From assembly GCA_021734345.1 (NCBI GenBank), contig JAIPJC010000001.1:15734-79733 (forward strand): a stretch of DNA of 64,000 nucleotides. The letters run 5' to 3'. The notes under the pieces are model-generated. The model was not told the origin of the DNA. It saw only the letters and a program-made list of their open reading frames with translations, and searched no databases. Position 1 is the stretch's first letter, and every line of letters begins with the position of its first letter. Source of the stretch: Kiritimatiellales bacterium (lineage in GTDB: Bacteria; Verrucomicrobiota; Kiritimatiellia; Kiritimatiellales; Pontiellaceae). This document shows, piece by piece, positions 39,547-48,870 of the stretch. The translations under genes were made by a program, and so were the position numbers.

Positions 39547-41834
39547 TCCCTGCCGTTGGGATGGCACCGGTAGCATGCAGCGGAGTCGTAGGTGTAGTTG
39601 CTTACGCCGCTGTGGTGCGAATCCGTGTTGGATTTGGAATGGCAACTATTCAAGCACGTGAAGGTGGAGGTGCTTCCTCCCAGATGGCAGGTCGTGCAAC
39701 TTACATTGTGGTTTCCGGTCAAGGGGAATTGGTGATTGAACGTCGCACCCAGCCACGTCGTCGTGGTGTGGCATCCCAGGCAGTCATGCGAGAAACCCGA
39801 CGAGACATGGTTCGGAGCACTTTGGTAGTTGCTCTGATGGCAGGAATAGCAATCCGAAGGAATGGTTCCGACCGTGCCGGACTTATGGCATTGCACGCAG
39901 TCCAATCCACTGTGCCCAGCCGTCAGCGGGAAGAAGCTGTGGTCAATCGTGGCGCCAGGCCAACCGGAAGTTGTGTGGCATTGCAGGCAATCATGCGAGA
40001 AGCCCGCCGAGAGATGGTTCGGAGCGCTTTGGTAGTTGCTCTGGTGGCAGGAATAGCAATCCGAAGGAATGGTTCCGACATTGCCGGACGTGTGGCATTG
40101 CACGCAGTCCAGCCCGCTGTGCCCGGCCGTCAGCGGGAAGAAGCTGTGGTCAATAATGGCGCCGTCCCAACCTGTCATCTTGTGGCACTGTAGGCAATCG
40201 TGCGAGAAATTCGATGCGACATGGCTCGGCGCGCTTTGGTAGTTGCCCTGGTGGCAGGAATAGCAATCCGAAGGAATGGTCCCGACCGTGCCGGACGTGT
40301 GGCATTGCACGCAGTCCAATCCATTGTGCCCGGCCGTTAGCGGGAAGAAGCTGTGGTCGATCGTGGCACCGGTCCAACTGGACATCGTGTGGCATTGCAG
40401 GCAATCCAGCGAGAAGTGCGATGCCGCGTGGTTCGGTGCGCTTTGATAGTTGCTCTGGTGGCAGGAGTAGCAATCCGAAGGAATGGTTCCGACATTGCCG
40501 GACGTGTGGCATTGCGTGCAGTCCAGCCCGCTGTGCCCGGCCGTCAGCGGGAAGAAGCTATGATCGACAATGGCATTCTCCCAACCCGCCGTGCTGTGGC
40601 ACCGCTGGCACTCCACCGAGAAGCCTGACGAGACGTGGTTCGGGGCGGTCTGGTACTTGTCGTTATGGCAGGAGTTGCAGTCCGAAGGTACGGATCCGAG
40701 GCTTCCGGACGTGTGGCATTGCGAGCAACTCAGCCCGCTGTGCCCAGCCGTCAAGGGGAAGGCGGCCGTGTGGCTGAAGTTGACCTGATCCCAGTTGTTG
40801 ACCGTGTGGCATTGCAAGCAATCCGTCGGGAAGCCCGACGCAACATGACTCGGTGCAGCCTGGTAATCAGGCTGATGGCAGGAATTGCAATCCGGAGTCA
40901 AGGATTCATAGTTGCCGGGGACATGGCATTGCGTGCAGTCCAATCCAGTATGACCGCCATTCAACGGGAAAAAGCTGTGGTTGAAGTTGGCTTGATCCCA
41001 TCCGTTGATGGTGTGGCACTGCTGGCAATCCGTCCAGCCGTTTGCCACATGGTTCGGGGCGTTCAGATATTTGTCGTTATGGCAGGATTGGCAGTCGGAA
41101 GGAATGGGTTCGAACGTTCCCGTGGTATGGCATGCCACGCAAGCCACACCGCTATGCTCGCCGCTCAAGGGGAAAAAGCTGTGGTTGAAATTGGCCTGGT
41201 CCCATCCAGCCTGCGAATGGCATTGCTGGCATTCCGTCGAGAACCCCGTGTGGTTCGGGGCGCTGTTGTAGTCCTTCTGGTGGCAGGAATAGCATTGGGT
41301 CGGTGCGCCCATGTAGAAATTCACGGGAGCGCGGGGATGGCAGCTTTCGCATGCGGTCACCGCATGGATGCCGATCAACGGGAAGCGGGTGCCCGCGTGT
41401 TCGGCCACCAACCCCTGCGGCCGCCAGTTCATTTGCGAATGGCATTGATCACAGGAGAGTCCCAGGCTTCCGGCGTGCGGATCCACGTGGCAACCGGAGC
41501 ATCCCCGCGCCACATAGGCTTCAACCGGGCCGCGGTCGTTGTGGCACCGCAGGCAGGCAGCGTCCGCATGTGCGCCTTCAAGTGGATAGCCGGTCTCCTT
41601 TTCGTGGTCGTAGGAAAAATCCTTCTTCAGCACGCTCCAACTCTCAGGCACGTGGCACAGGCTGCAATCGCCCGGAAAGGTTTTATGGGGCACCATGGGT
41701 CCCCACTTCTTGCTCCATCCCTGCGGCGGCACGATAAAGTGGCAACTCGCCATCAGCACAACCAGGCCGGCCAGCAACAGCGAGGGCAGAAACGGCACCA
41801 TCCGCTTCAACGTTCTAGGGATATTTGAGTCCAT
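39543..41834 (-). CDS. multiheme c-type cytochrome lipoprotein (30 CxxCH + 1 CxxxCH)
   Basis: Start MDSNIP (41834), lipobox-like LMASC, heme motifs counted manually, tandem triheme repeats. Confidence 0.92.
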   Translation of the reverse strand: MDSNIPRTLKRMVPFLPSLLLAGLVVLMASCHFIVPPQGWSKKWGPMVPHKTFPGDCSLCHVPESWSVLKKDFSYDHEKETGYPLEGAHADAACLRCHNDRGPVEAYVARGCSGCHVDPHAGSLGLSCDQCHSQMNWRPQGLVAEHAGTRFPLIGIHAVTACESCHPRAPVNFYMGAPTQCYSCHQKDYNSAPNHTGFSTECQQCHSQAGWDQANFNHSFFPLSGEHSGVACVACHTTGTFEPIPSDCQSCHNDKYLNAPNHVANGWTDCQQCHTINGWDQANFNHSFFPLNGGHTGLDCTQCHVPGNYESLTPDCNSCHQPDYQAAPSHVASGFPTDCLQCHTVNNWDQVNFSHTAAFPLTAGHSGLSCSQCHTSGSLGSVPSDCNSCHNDKYQTAPNHVSSGFSVECQRCHSTAGWENAIVDHSFFPLTAGHSGLDCTQCHTSGNVGTIPSDCYSCHQSNYQSAPNHAASHFSLDCLQCHTMSSWTGATIDHSFFPLTAGHNGLDCVQCHTSGTVGTIPSDCYSCHQGNYQSAPSHVASNFSHDCLQCHKMTGWDGAIIDHSFFPLTAGHSGLDCVQCHTSGNVGTIPSDCYSCHQSNYQSAPNHLSAGFSHDCLQCHTTSGWPGATIDHSFFPLTAGHSGLDCVQCHKSGTVGTIPSDCYSCHQSNYQSAPNHVSSGFSHDCLGCHTTTTWLGATFNHQFPLTGNHNVSCTTCHLGGSTSTFTCLNSCHSKSNTDSHHSGVSNYTYDSAACYRCHPNGRE
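39730..41190 (-). repeat. coding tandem repeat, ~207-bp (69-aa) triheme unit, about 7 copies
   Basis: GAAGAAGC anchors at 39930, 40137, 40344 and 40551. Unit HSFFPLTAGH.GLDC.QCH...DCYSCH...PNH...DC..CH. Confidence 0.9.
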
Positions 41835-43557
41835 GGCAATCCTTGCATTGTTTTCCGAGAGGTTTGTACTGAACCACCGTCTTGTTTTCCGGCACCGCGA
41901 CGGTCGGATGGCACTTGGCGCAGGCCACCTTTGCATGCACACCGTCGAGGGCGAAGCCCGACTGGCTGTTGTGGTCGAACCCCATGGCGCGCCAACTGTC
42001 GGTCGAAGTGTGGCAGCTTTGGCACTGAGACTCGCCGTTCGCAGACGCGAACTGGCCGCGATGCACATCCTGATGGCAGTCGGCGCACGTCTTCGAGGCA
42101 CCCTTGTAGCGAACCACCCCGTCGTCTGCCGGGCGGTGGCACTGCTGGCACTCGGCACGGGCATGCCCACCGGTCAGTGGATATTTGGCGAGGCGGGCAT
42201 GGTCGTAGGGTCGGATAATGAAGGTCTCAGTGCCGGCGGTATGGCAAACCGTGCAATCGTTCTGCGCGAGCTCAGCCACAAACTGGGTGCCATGCGGATC
42301 GGTGTGGCACTGCTTGCATGCGGTGGTGGTTCCCGCGAATTGCACCACGTCGGAGTCCGCCGGCTTACGGTGGCAGGCCATGCACGGTACGGCGCCGTGC
42401 GCCCCTTGCAACGGATATTTTTTCGCATGCTGCGCGAGGCTGAATCGATGCGGCTTGAACTCGAGTGGTGTATGGCAATCCTGGCAACCGATATAGCGCC
42501 CGGCAAACTGGCCTTCATGAATATCCTTGTGGCATCCCTGGCAGCTGCCCGGCTGACGCAGATAGTCCGGACTTGCCGGGTCAGGATATTTCTCGGCGAA
42601 GGGGAGGTCGGGCGTATGGCACTTGGCGCAGTCCACCTTTTGGTGGGGGGCGATCAACGGGAAGCCGGTCAAGGCATGTTTCTCCGGCGACAACGGCGCC
42701 GTCTGTTCGTTCCAATGCTTGGCCGTTTCACTATGGCAATCCAGGCATTGGTTGCCAAAGGGCGCGCGATGGGGTGTGGCGTGGCATTCCGCGCAGGTCT
42801 TCCCTTTCACTTTTCCAAAGGCCAGTTTCCTCAAGGCTTCCTGTTCCGGCAGGACGGCCGGCGCTTCCGGAATAACATGGCAACCGTTGCAAGCCACCCG
42901 TTCATGCGGCCCTTCGAGCTTGAAGTGTTTTGAATGGTCGAAGTTGACGGCTGGCCGGAAGGTATCCTGGCTATGGCATTCCTGGCACTTTTGGGATAGC
43001 CCGCCCGAGTGGACATCCTTGTGGCACTGGACGCAATCCTGCGACAGGCCGAGGAAGGTGTGTTCCCGCTCAAACTTTTCGAACTTGGGCAAGGTGACCG
43101 GCCCGGAATATTCCGTGCGGTGGCACTTTTCGCAAGCCAGCGGATCGTGGCGGCCATACAGGTCGAATGCGGCGATGTGGGGATGGCTGAATCCATTGGT
43201 TCCGGTGGTGCCCCATGATTGCCGGTTGACGAGTTCGAAGTCCGCGCCCAAATGTTCGGAATGGCAGGTTTGGCAACCCGGCGATCCTTCTTTCTTCAAC
43301 AGGTAGGGATGGAATCCTTCACCGGTTGCAAGTTGGTTCCGTATCTCTGCATGGCAGGAAAGGCATCCCGTATCGAAACCCCCTTCATTATGGCATTGGG
43401 CGCAGCCGGACAAGCGGTTCAGTTGCTTGATCTGCGCGTGCGGTGCCGCCAATGGGCCGGGCATGGGCTGCCGAAGCGCCAGATATCCGGCAATCGCCAA
43501 AACGGCCAATGTGCCGACGACCAGCAGCGTCCGGGGATGGAGGAGTATGTTTTTCAT
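41815..43557 (-). CDS. multiheme c-type cytochrome (20 CxxCH) with an N-terminal membrane anchor/signal
   Basis: Start MKNILL (43557, ATGA overlap), 20 CxxCH counted, H..F.L.G.H..C..CH triheme-like units. Confidence 0.92.
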   Translation of the reverse strand: MKNILLHPRTLLVVGTLAVLAIAGYLALRQPMPGPLAAPHAQIKQLNRLSGCAQCHNEGGFDTGCLSCHAEIRNQLATGEGFHPYLLKKEGSPGCQTCHSEHLGADFELVNRQSWGTTGTNGFSHPHIAAFDLYGRHDPLACEKCHRTEYSGPVTLPKFEKFEREHTFLGLSQDCVQCHKDVHSGGLSQKCQECHSQDTFRPAVNFDHSKHFKLEGPHERVACNGCHVIPEAPAVLPEQEALRKLAFGKVKGKTCAECHATPHRAPFGNQCLDCHSETAKHWNEQTAPLSPEKHALTGFPLIAPHQKVDCAKCHTPDLPFAEKYPDPASPDYLRQPGSCQGCHKDIHEGQFAGRYIGCQDCHTPLEFKPHRFSLAQHAKKYPLQGAHGAVPCMACHRKPADSDVVQFAGTTTACKQCHTDPHGTQFVAELAQNDCTVCHTAGTETFIIRPYDHARLAKYPLTGGHARAECQQCHRPADDGVVRYKGASKTCADCHQDVHRGQFASANGESQCQSCHTSTDSWRAMGFDHNSQSGFALDGVHAKVACAKCHPTVAVPENKTVVQYKPLGKQCKDCHGLKYP

Positions 43558-44441
43558 GACTGGATGATCCACAGGCTTCCAAACCGGAATGCCAGAAGAA
43601 TGTGGAAGCCCACCACAAGAAACAACACCACGGCCAGCCAGCGGTGGAAGAAGCGCCAAGCCCCCATCAGTTCGCGCAGCTCATGGTAGCGCACCAGCCA
43701 TTGGCGCTCCCGGCAGAGCTTGTGCAGCAGGTCGTGGATCTCCTTGGATTTGGCGGAATCGGCCTGCTTCTCGCTCATGCGTTTCTGCAACTGGTGGAAT
43801 TGGCGATGGGCTTCGCGATCCCCCTGCAGCATATGGCGCAAGGCCGACAGAATTCCAACTTTCCCGTTTTCCTCCGCATCCGTGCTGGATTCGTATTTCA
43901 AACTGGTTGGATCCACGCCCAACACTTCCAGCGCTTCGCGGTATTCCACCAGCCGGCGGCGAACCTCGCCGATCTCCAACTCCCGGCCGTGATAGGAGCG
44001 TGGCACGTGGATGTAGATATAGCGCCCCATGACGCCCGTCGCGACGACGATGAACATGGCGATCAGCGCCAGCTTTCCCAAGGAACTCGAAGGAGCAAAC
44101 GCCGTATGCAGCACGATCAGGCTGGGTCCCAGCAGTCCGGTCAGCACATGGAAGTTCATCCACTTGCGCAACGAACCTAGCCATGCAATGGAAATGAGCC
44201 GCTTGCGAACCAAATACGTCAGGTTGAGCAGCATCAGCGCTGTGCCGGCCAATCCGATAGACAGTCCAACACTGCCGGATGAGCGCAAGGCTGCATGGCG
44301 CACGTCGAAGGGGCGTTCAGCCGGCGACAAGCCATAATACGACCAATGGAACGCCAGATAGCCTGCAAGGCCGAACGCCAGCCCTATGCCTAGAAGGAGG
44401 GCCATGCTGGTTGGCTGCGGTTTGGAAGCGGAGTCCATCAT
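43554..44441 (-). CDS. polytopic inner-membrane protein, ferric-reductase/cytochrome-b-like
   Basis: About five TM helices with four His in membrane segments (WMNFHVLTG, IVLHT, WRFFHRW, VGFHIL). Confidence 0.7.
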   Translation of the reverse strand: MMDSASKPQPTSMALLLGIGLAFGLAGYLAFHWSYYGLSPAERPFDVRHAALRSSGSVGLSIGLAGTALMLLNLTYLVRKRLISIAWLGSLRKWMNFHVLTGLLGPSLIVLHTAFAPSSSLGKLALIAMFIVVATGVMGRYIYIHVPRSYHGRELEIGEVRRRLVEYREALEVLGVDPTSLKYESSTDAEENGKVGILSALRHMLQGDREAHRQFHQLQKRMSEKQADSAKSKEIHDLLHKLCRERQWLVRYHELRELMGAWRFFHRWLAVVLFLVVGFHILLAFRFGSLWIIQS

Positions 44442-45790
44442 CAGACCGCCTTCAGTAATTCGGAAGCGCTATTTTCATGGGGCGTCTCGCCATGGAAGCG
44501 GATGCCGCAACTACGCAGCAAGGGATAGGGAGGTTCGCCGCCAGCCAGAACAAACACATAGTCGTTGGGCAGGTTTATTTCCTGCGGTTCCGAATCGGCA
44601 TCGATGACCAAGTTGACTTGGTCGGCTTCGATGCGGCCGACACCGGAAGAGAAATAGGCTTTGATGCGGCCATCGGCCAAATAGCGTCCGATGCGTTCTT
44701 CGTTGCGGGGCTTCAAACGGAAGAAACCGGACTTGCGATACGACAATACCACCTCGTTGCCGGATTGCTCGGCCAAGGCCATGGCTGTTTCCACGGCACT
44801 ATCCCCTCCCCCTACAACTAGGATGCGCTGTCCCATGTAGGTGGCGGCATCGACCAACTGGTAGAGTACCTTCTCTGATTCTTCGCCGGGTACGTTCAAT
44901 TTCCGTGGAGTACCGCGCCGACCCAGAGCCAGCAGGACGAACCGCGATTCAACCGGTCCCGCCGTGGTTTGGGAAACAAAATAATGGCCACGGTGCTCGA
45001 CCGTAGTCAGGCCCACACCTGTCTGAATCTTGACTCCATGGGTTTCGATCACTTCATCCCAAATCGCAACAAGCTCTTCCTTCACGTATTGCGTCTTCTT
45101 CAAATACCCATGGAGAGGAAGCTGCATCGGCTGGGTCATGGCCAGCTTGCGACGCGGATATTTGCGCACACTGCCCCCCGCGTCGTCCTGGCTAATGGTT
45201 GCATACGTCAGGTTGCATTCGATGGCTTTCAACGACGCCGCGATTCCCGCCGGGCCCGCCCCGACAATCAGCACATCGACCATGCCATCGAACCGGTTGG
45301 ACAACCCCGACACGCGGCGGGCGATCGCCTCCACCGCTTTCACCCCGTCCTCGACCGCATTCCTGATCAGGGCGATCCCGCTCAATTCACCCGCGATGAA
45401 CAACCCCGGAACGGATGTTTCCAGATCGTCGGAAAGCACTGGGATATCGGTCCGGGTGGAAAGGTCTCCCAAACCAACCTTGAGTGCACCGACCGGACAG
45501 GCGATTTCGCAGTGCGAGTGTCCCACGCAGCGGGAGGCATGTATGACATGCGCGATGCCGTCGACAAGTCCGATGACGCCCGATTCGGGGCACGCCGCAA
45601 TACAGCTTCCACAACCAATGCACTGGAGAGGATCGATATGGGGATGTTGCGTCAGCCCCTTATTGGTTCCGCGCGTGCGGGAATCCCGGATGTCCGCAAT
45701 GGTTTGCTCGGTCAACCGGCGATGTATCGCCCGTTGCCATAGCCCCAAGAAAACAAGCAAGCCCCCCAATATAGTAAGCGTCCAAAACAT
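44441..45790 (-). CDS. membrane-anchored ferredoxin-domain + thioredoxin-reductase-like FAD/NAD(P)H oxidoreductase
   Basis: N-terminal TM, CIGCGSCIAACP and CVGHSHCEIACP, VGAGPAG (FAD), VVGGGDSA + SYRK (NADPH-type). No redox CxxC in the flavin domain. Confidence 0.88.
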   Translation of the reverse strand: MFWTLTILGGLLVFLGLWQRAIHRRLTEQTIADIRDSRTRGTNKGLTQHPHIDPLQCIGCGSCIAACPESGVIGLVDGIAHVIHASRCVGHSHCEIACPVGALKVGLGDLSTRTDIPVLSDDLETSVPGLFIAGELSGIALIRNAVEDGVKAVEAIARRVSGLSNRFDGMVDVLIVGAGPAGIAASLKAIECNLTYATISQDDAGGSVRKYPRRKLAMTQPMQLPLHGYLKKTQYVKEELVAIWDEVIETHGVKIQTGVGLTTVEHRGHYFVSQTTAGPVESRFVLLALGRRGTPRKLNVPGEESEKVLYQLVDAATYMGQRILVVGGGDSAVETAMALAEQSGNEVVLSYRKSGFFRLKPRNEERIGRYLADGRIKAYFSSGVGRIEADQVNLVIDADSEPQEINLPNDYVFVLAGGEPPYPLLRSCGIRFHGETPHENSASELLKAV

Positions 45791-45991
45791 GGTAGTTTAT
45801 CTCAATCCGAACCCTCATTGCCAATCTACGCAAAAAACATACCAACTCTTTTCTTAAATACGAATCCGAATACCTATTAATACCCTTACTCAACTCTGCG
45901 GAGTTTGCCAGCTAATAAATGCCAATTCTGGCAATATGAACTTTGCTCCTTGTTGCCATGCAGCTTATTATTGGCGCAATTGGGCATTGAA

Positions 45992-46633
45992 ATGATCATA
46001 TACGACAACATCTCCATCCGGATCCACCGGCAGGAACTCTTCAAAAAAGTATCGATCCACCTTGCAGCGGGCGACAAGTTTGTCCTATGCGGAGCTTCGG
46101 GAAGTGGAAAAAGCTCGTTGCTCAAATGCACGGTCGGGGCGCTTCCGATCTCGGAAGGATCAATTCATGTCGCCGGTATGGAGCTTTCGGCCTCCACTGT
46201 TTCCGAAATCCGCGCGCGCGTTGCGTTTATCGGTCAGGAACCCGTACTGGGCGCGGCCACCGTGCGCGAGGCTGTTTTGCTCCCCTTTTCCTTCAAAACG
46301 CATCGCCACCATTCACCGGACGAAGCACGCATACAGGAACTTGCAGGGCGCCTTCACCTTCCCATGGATATCCTCGCCAAGCCCTGCGCCCGGATCTCCG
46401 GCGGGGAAAAACAGCGCATCGCCTTGCTCCGCGCGCTGTTGCTCGACAAGACTATTTTCCTCGCCGACGAGGTCACCTCCGCGCTCGATCCCGAGAGCAA
46501 GCAGGCCGTCATGGCCGAACTCTTTCGTCCGGAGATCACCCTGCTTTCCGTCTCGCACGATCCGGAGTGGGTCGGTGCCTGCAACCACATCGTCGAAGTT
46601 GCCGATGGCCAACTCAAGGAGAAGACTGGATGA
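45992..46633 (+). CDS. ABC transporter ATP-binding protein (FetA/YbbL-like)
   Basis: GASGSGKS, ISGGEKQR, DEVTSALD, SHD. Confidence 0.85.
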   Translation: MIIYDNISIRIHRQELFKKVSIHLAAGDKFVLCGASGSGKSSLLKCTVGALPISEGSIHVAGMELSASTVSEIRARVAFIGQEPVLGAATVREAVLLPFSFKTHRHHSPDEARIQELAGRLHLPMDILAKPCARISGGEKQRIALLRALLLDKTIFLADEVTSALDPESKQAVMAELFRPEITLLSVSHDPEWVGACNHIVEVADGQLKEKTG

Positions 46634-47421
46634 CCGCCGACCTTTCCATTCCGGCCATGCTGGCGATGTACGCGCTCATGCTGGTTCCTCTGGCGATTTC
46701 CTTCCATCTCCAGCTCGGAATCGTCCGTGAAACATTGCTGTCGCTGGTCCGCATGACCATCCAATTGCTGCTTGTCGGGCTATACCTCAAATACATCTTC
46801 CAGCTCAACAACCTCTTGGTCAGCCTCTTGTGGCTTGTCGTCATGCTGGTCGTCGCAAACGTCAGTATTCTCAACAAGGCCGGACTCAAGCGCCGCCTAT
46901 TTTTCTGGCGTTCACTGGCCGGGGTGGCCGCCAGCACCATGCTCGCCAGCGGCTGGTTCATTCTCGTCGCCATCCGTCCCGATCCTATCTACGACGCGCG
47001 CTACCTGATTCCAATCACGGGCATGATTCTAGGGAATTGTCTACGCGGAAACGTGCTGAGCCTAGAACGATTCTATAGCGGCATTCGCAAAAATGAGAAT
47101 GAGTTTGTGACCTATCTGCTACTCGGCGCCTCTCTTCGCGAAGCCGTCCGCCCCTATCTGCGCGACGCCGTCAAGGCTTCCATCAATCCCTCGATCGCCA
47201 CCATGGCCACCATGGGCATCGTCTCCCTGCCAGGCATGATGACCGGCCAGATCCTCGGCGGCGCAATGCCCATCACCGCCATCAAATACCAGATCGGCAT
47301 CATGATCTGCATCTTCGTTGCCATGGCGGTCGCCGCGTTGATGAACATCCTGCTTAGTCTGCCCATCGCCTTCGACGACCACCAACGACTGCGTCCGGAT
47401 ATTTTTTGCAACAAAACATAG
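46630..47421 (+). CDS. ABC permease, UPF0014 (FetB/YbbM-like)
   Basis: RMTIQL, IPITGMILGN, VSLPGMMTGQILGG, AIKYQI. ATGA-coupled. Confidence 0.88.
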   Translation: MTADLSIPAMLAMYALMLVPLAISFHLQLGIVRETLLSLVRMTIQLLLVGLYLKYIFQLNNLLVSLLWLVVMLVVANVSILNKAGLKRRLFFWRSLAGVAASTMLASGWFILVAIRPDPIYDARYLIPITGMILGNCLRGNVLSLERFYSGIRKNENEFVTYLLLGASLREAVRPYLRDAVKASINPSIATMATMGIVSLPGMMTGQILGGAMPITAIKYQIGIMICIFVAMAVAALMNILLSLPIAFDDHQRLRPDIFCNKT

Positions 47422-47457
47422 TGCGCCCAGTTATATTCCCGCCCTTGGAGAATCCTT

Positions 47458-48237
47458 ATGAAAAAACATGTCCCGCTCATAATCGCAGTGTTCAGCATTT
47501 TGATTGCATTGGCCGCATCTTCAACGGCCGTAAAGGCCACCAGGCAGAAGCGCCTCGCCGTGTACGAAAACGCCGCCCTGCGCCAGCAGATCGCCGAACT
47601 CAAAACCCGTACCAGCCGCAGGCGGACGAGTCCGACCGAACAGGCCCGAAACATTCCGTCCAACCCAGACAACACAAACGCTCTGGTCACCCTGCAATCA
47701 ATCGCCGGCGAAGATGCGCAGCCGCCGGATCGGCCGCCACGCGAAACCTTCGAAGAGCGCATTGCGCGAATGAAGGCGGAAGAGCCAGAAGGCTACGCCG
47801 AGATGGTAAAGCGTCGCGAAGAACGCCAGCAAGCTATGAAATACGACATGGCCACGCGCGCGGCCACCATCATGGATATCGACACCACCAAGATGAACGA
47901 TACCGAACGGGCCGCCCACGACCAGCTCGTTCTGCAAATGGGTTCCATCTGGGAATTGATGGCTCAGGTGCAGAACCCGGAAGGAGGCGCCAACCGCGAA
48001 ACGATGGGCGAGCTCTTCAACCAGATCAGGGACGCCCGGCCCCTGATGGATCAGGAACGCGCCACCATGTTCAGGGTGCTCGGCTCGGAAATGGGCTACG
48101 AAGGCCAGGCCGCGCAGGATTTCGCCACCCAAATCGAATCCATCATCTCCGCCACCACCATCCAGATGCCGCGTGGCGGCGGCCCCGGCGGTTCCGGCGG
48201 GCGTGGCGGACCCGGTGGCGGACGTCAACCGGAGTAA
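47458..48237 (+). CDS. hypothetical N-terminally anchored helical protein with a Gly-rich tail
   Basis: RBS GGAG, hydrophobic N-terminus, coiled-coil-like body. Confidence 0.7.
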   Translation: MKKHVPLIIAVFSILIALAASSTAVKATRQKRLAVYENAALRQQIAELKTRTSRRRTSPTEQARNIPSNPDNTNALVTLQSIAGEDAQPPDRPPRETFEERIARMKAEEPEGYAEMVKRREERQQAMKYDMATRAATIMDIDTTKMNDTERAAHDQLVLQMGSIWELMAQVQNPEGGANRETMGELFNQIRDARPLMDQERATMFRVLGSEMGYEGQAAQDFATQIESIISATTIQMPRGGGPGGSGGRGGPGGGRQPE

Positions 48238-48332
48238 TCGTCACGCTATTTTATTCCTTGCCCTGCCAACCGGGATGAGTAGTCTGTTGGCAGACAGGAG
48301 GCGAAGCGCCTCGCAAAATTAAAGGAGTGAAT

Positions 48333-48737
48333 ATGAAAAGATCCATCGCAGTCCTATTCATTGTCGCCGGGTGCACGTCCTCGTACGGCCAGTTTTTTTC
48401 AGACGCCGAGAAGGCCGCCCAGAACAAGGATCAATCTGTCGTGAAAAACTCGTTGCCCGAGGCTGAACAAAAAGCGATTTTCATCGAACTGTGCACTGCG
48501 GAAGAAACGGCCACCGAAAAGGGGATGCAGATGTATTCAATACAAATCATCCAAACCCCGGAAAAACGGCAGGCCCAGCAGGAGAAAGCCGAACAAACCA
48601 AATCCACGCTCTTCCAGCTCTATAAGGAGGAGATCGCCAAGCAACACAACATTACTCTGGAATATCTAGCCGCAATAGCGGCTTCCGGCAAAGAAAAACA
48701 ATGGCCGGAAAAACCAGAAACCCCGGCTTCCAACTAG
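48333..48737 (+). CDS. hypothetical secreted protein
   Basis: RBS AAGGAG, signal-peptide-like N-terminus. Confidence 0.65.
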   Translation: MKRSIAVLFIVAGCTSSYGQFFSDAEKAAQNKDQSVVKNSLPEAEQKAIFIELCTAEETATEKGMQMYSIQIIQTPEKRQAQQEKAEQTKSTLFQLYKEEIAKQHNITLEYLAAIAASGKEKQWPEKPETPASN

Positions 48738-48759
48738 GCCCAATCCAAACCGGCGGTCC

Positions 48760-48794
48760 GGGCGGGTGCCAGCAACAGGCGCCCGTTCTTTTTT
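48760..48794 (+). terminator. probable intrinsic terminator
   Basis: GGGCGGGTGCC/GGCGCCCGTTC stem (with G-U pairs) followed by a T6 tract. Confidence 0.5.
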
Positions 48795-48870
48795 CCGGTT
48801 GCAATCCTTTCCTCCTTTGGCACAATGCCGCCTTTTATTCTAAACGGTTTTCAAAGGAAGGATTAATCCA

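Noticed and set aside
39730-41190. CRISPR array or non-coding tandem repeat
   Set aside because: The period is 207 bp, in frame, and encodes heme motifs. There are no unique spacers and no cas genes.
41835-42170. N-terminal 112 aa of the 875-aa cytochrome ORF
   Set aside because: Overlaps the 20-heme gene. The lipoprotein signal begins after MDSNIP at 41834.
37864-43557. MtrCAB/MtoAB or Geobacter Pcc orthologs
   Set aside because: Heme counts (20, 31), triheme repeat spacing and partner proteins do not fit decaheme MtrA/MtrC or OmcB-type systems.
46087-46629. Long N-terminal extension of the ABC permease
   Set aside because: Overlaps the ATPase gene in another frame. ATGA coupling gives a start at 46630.
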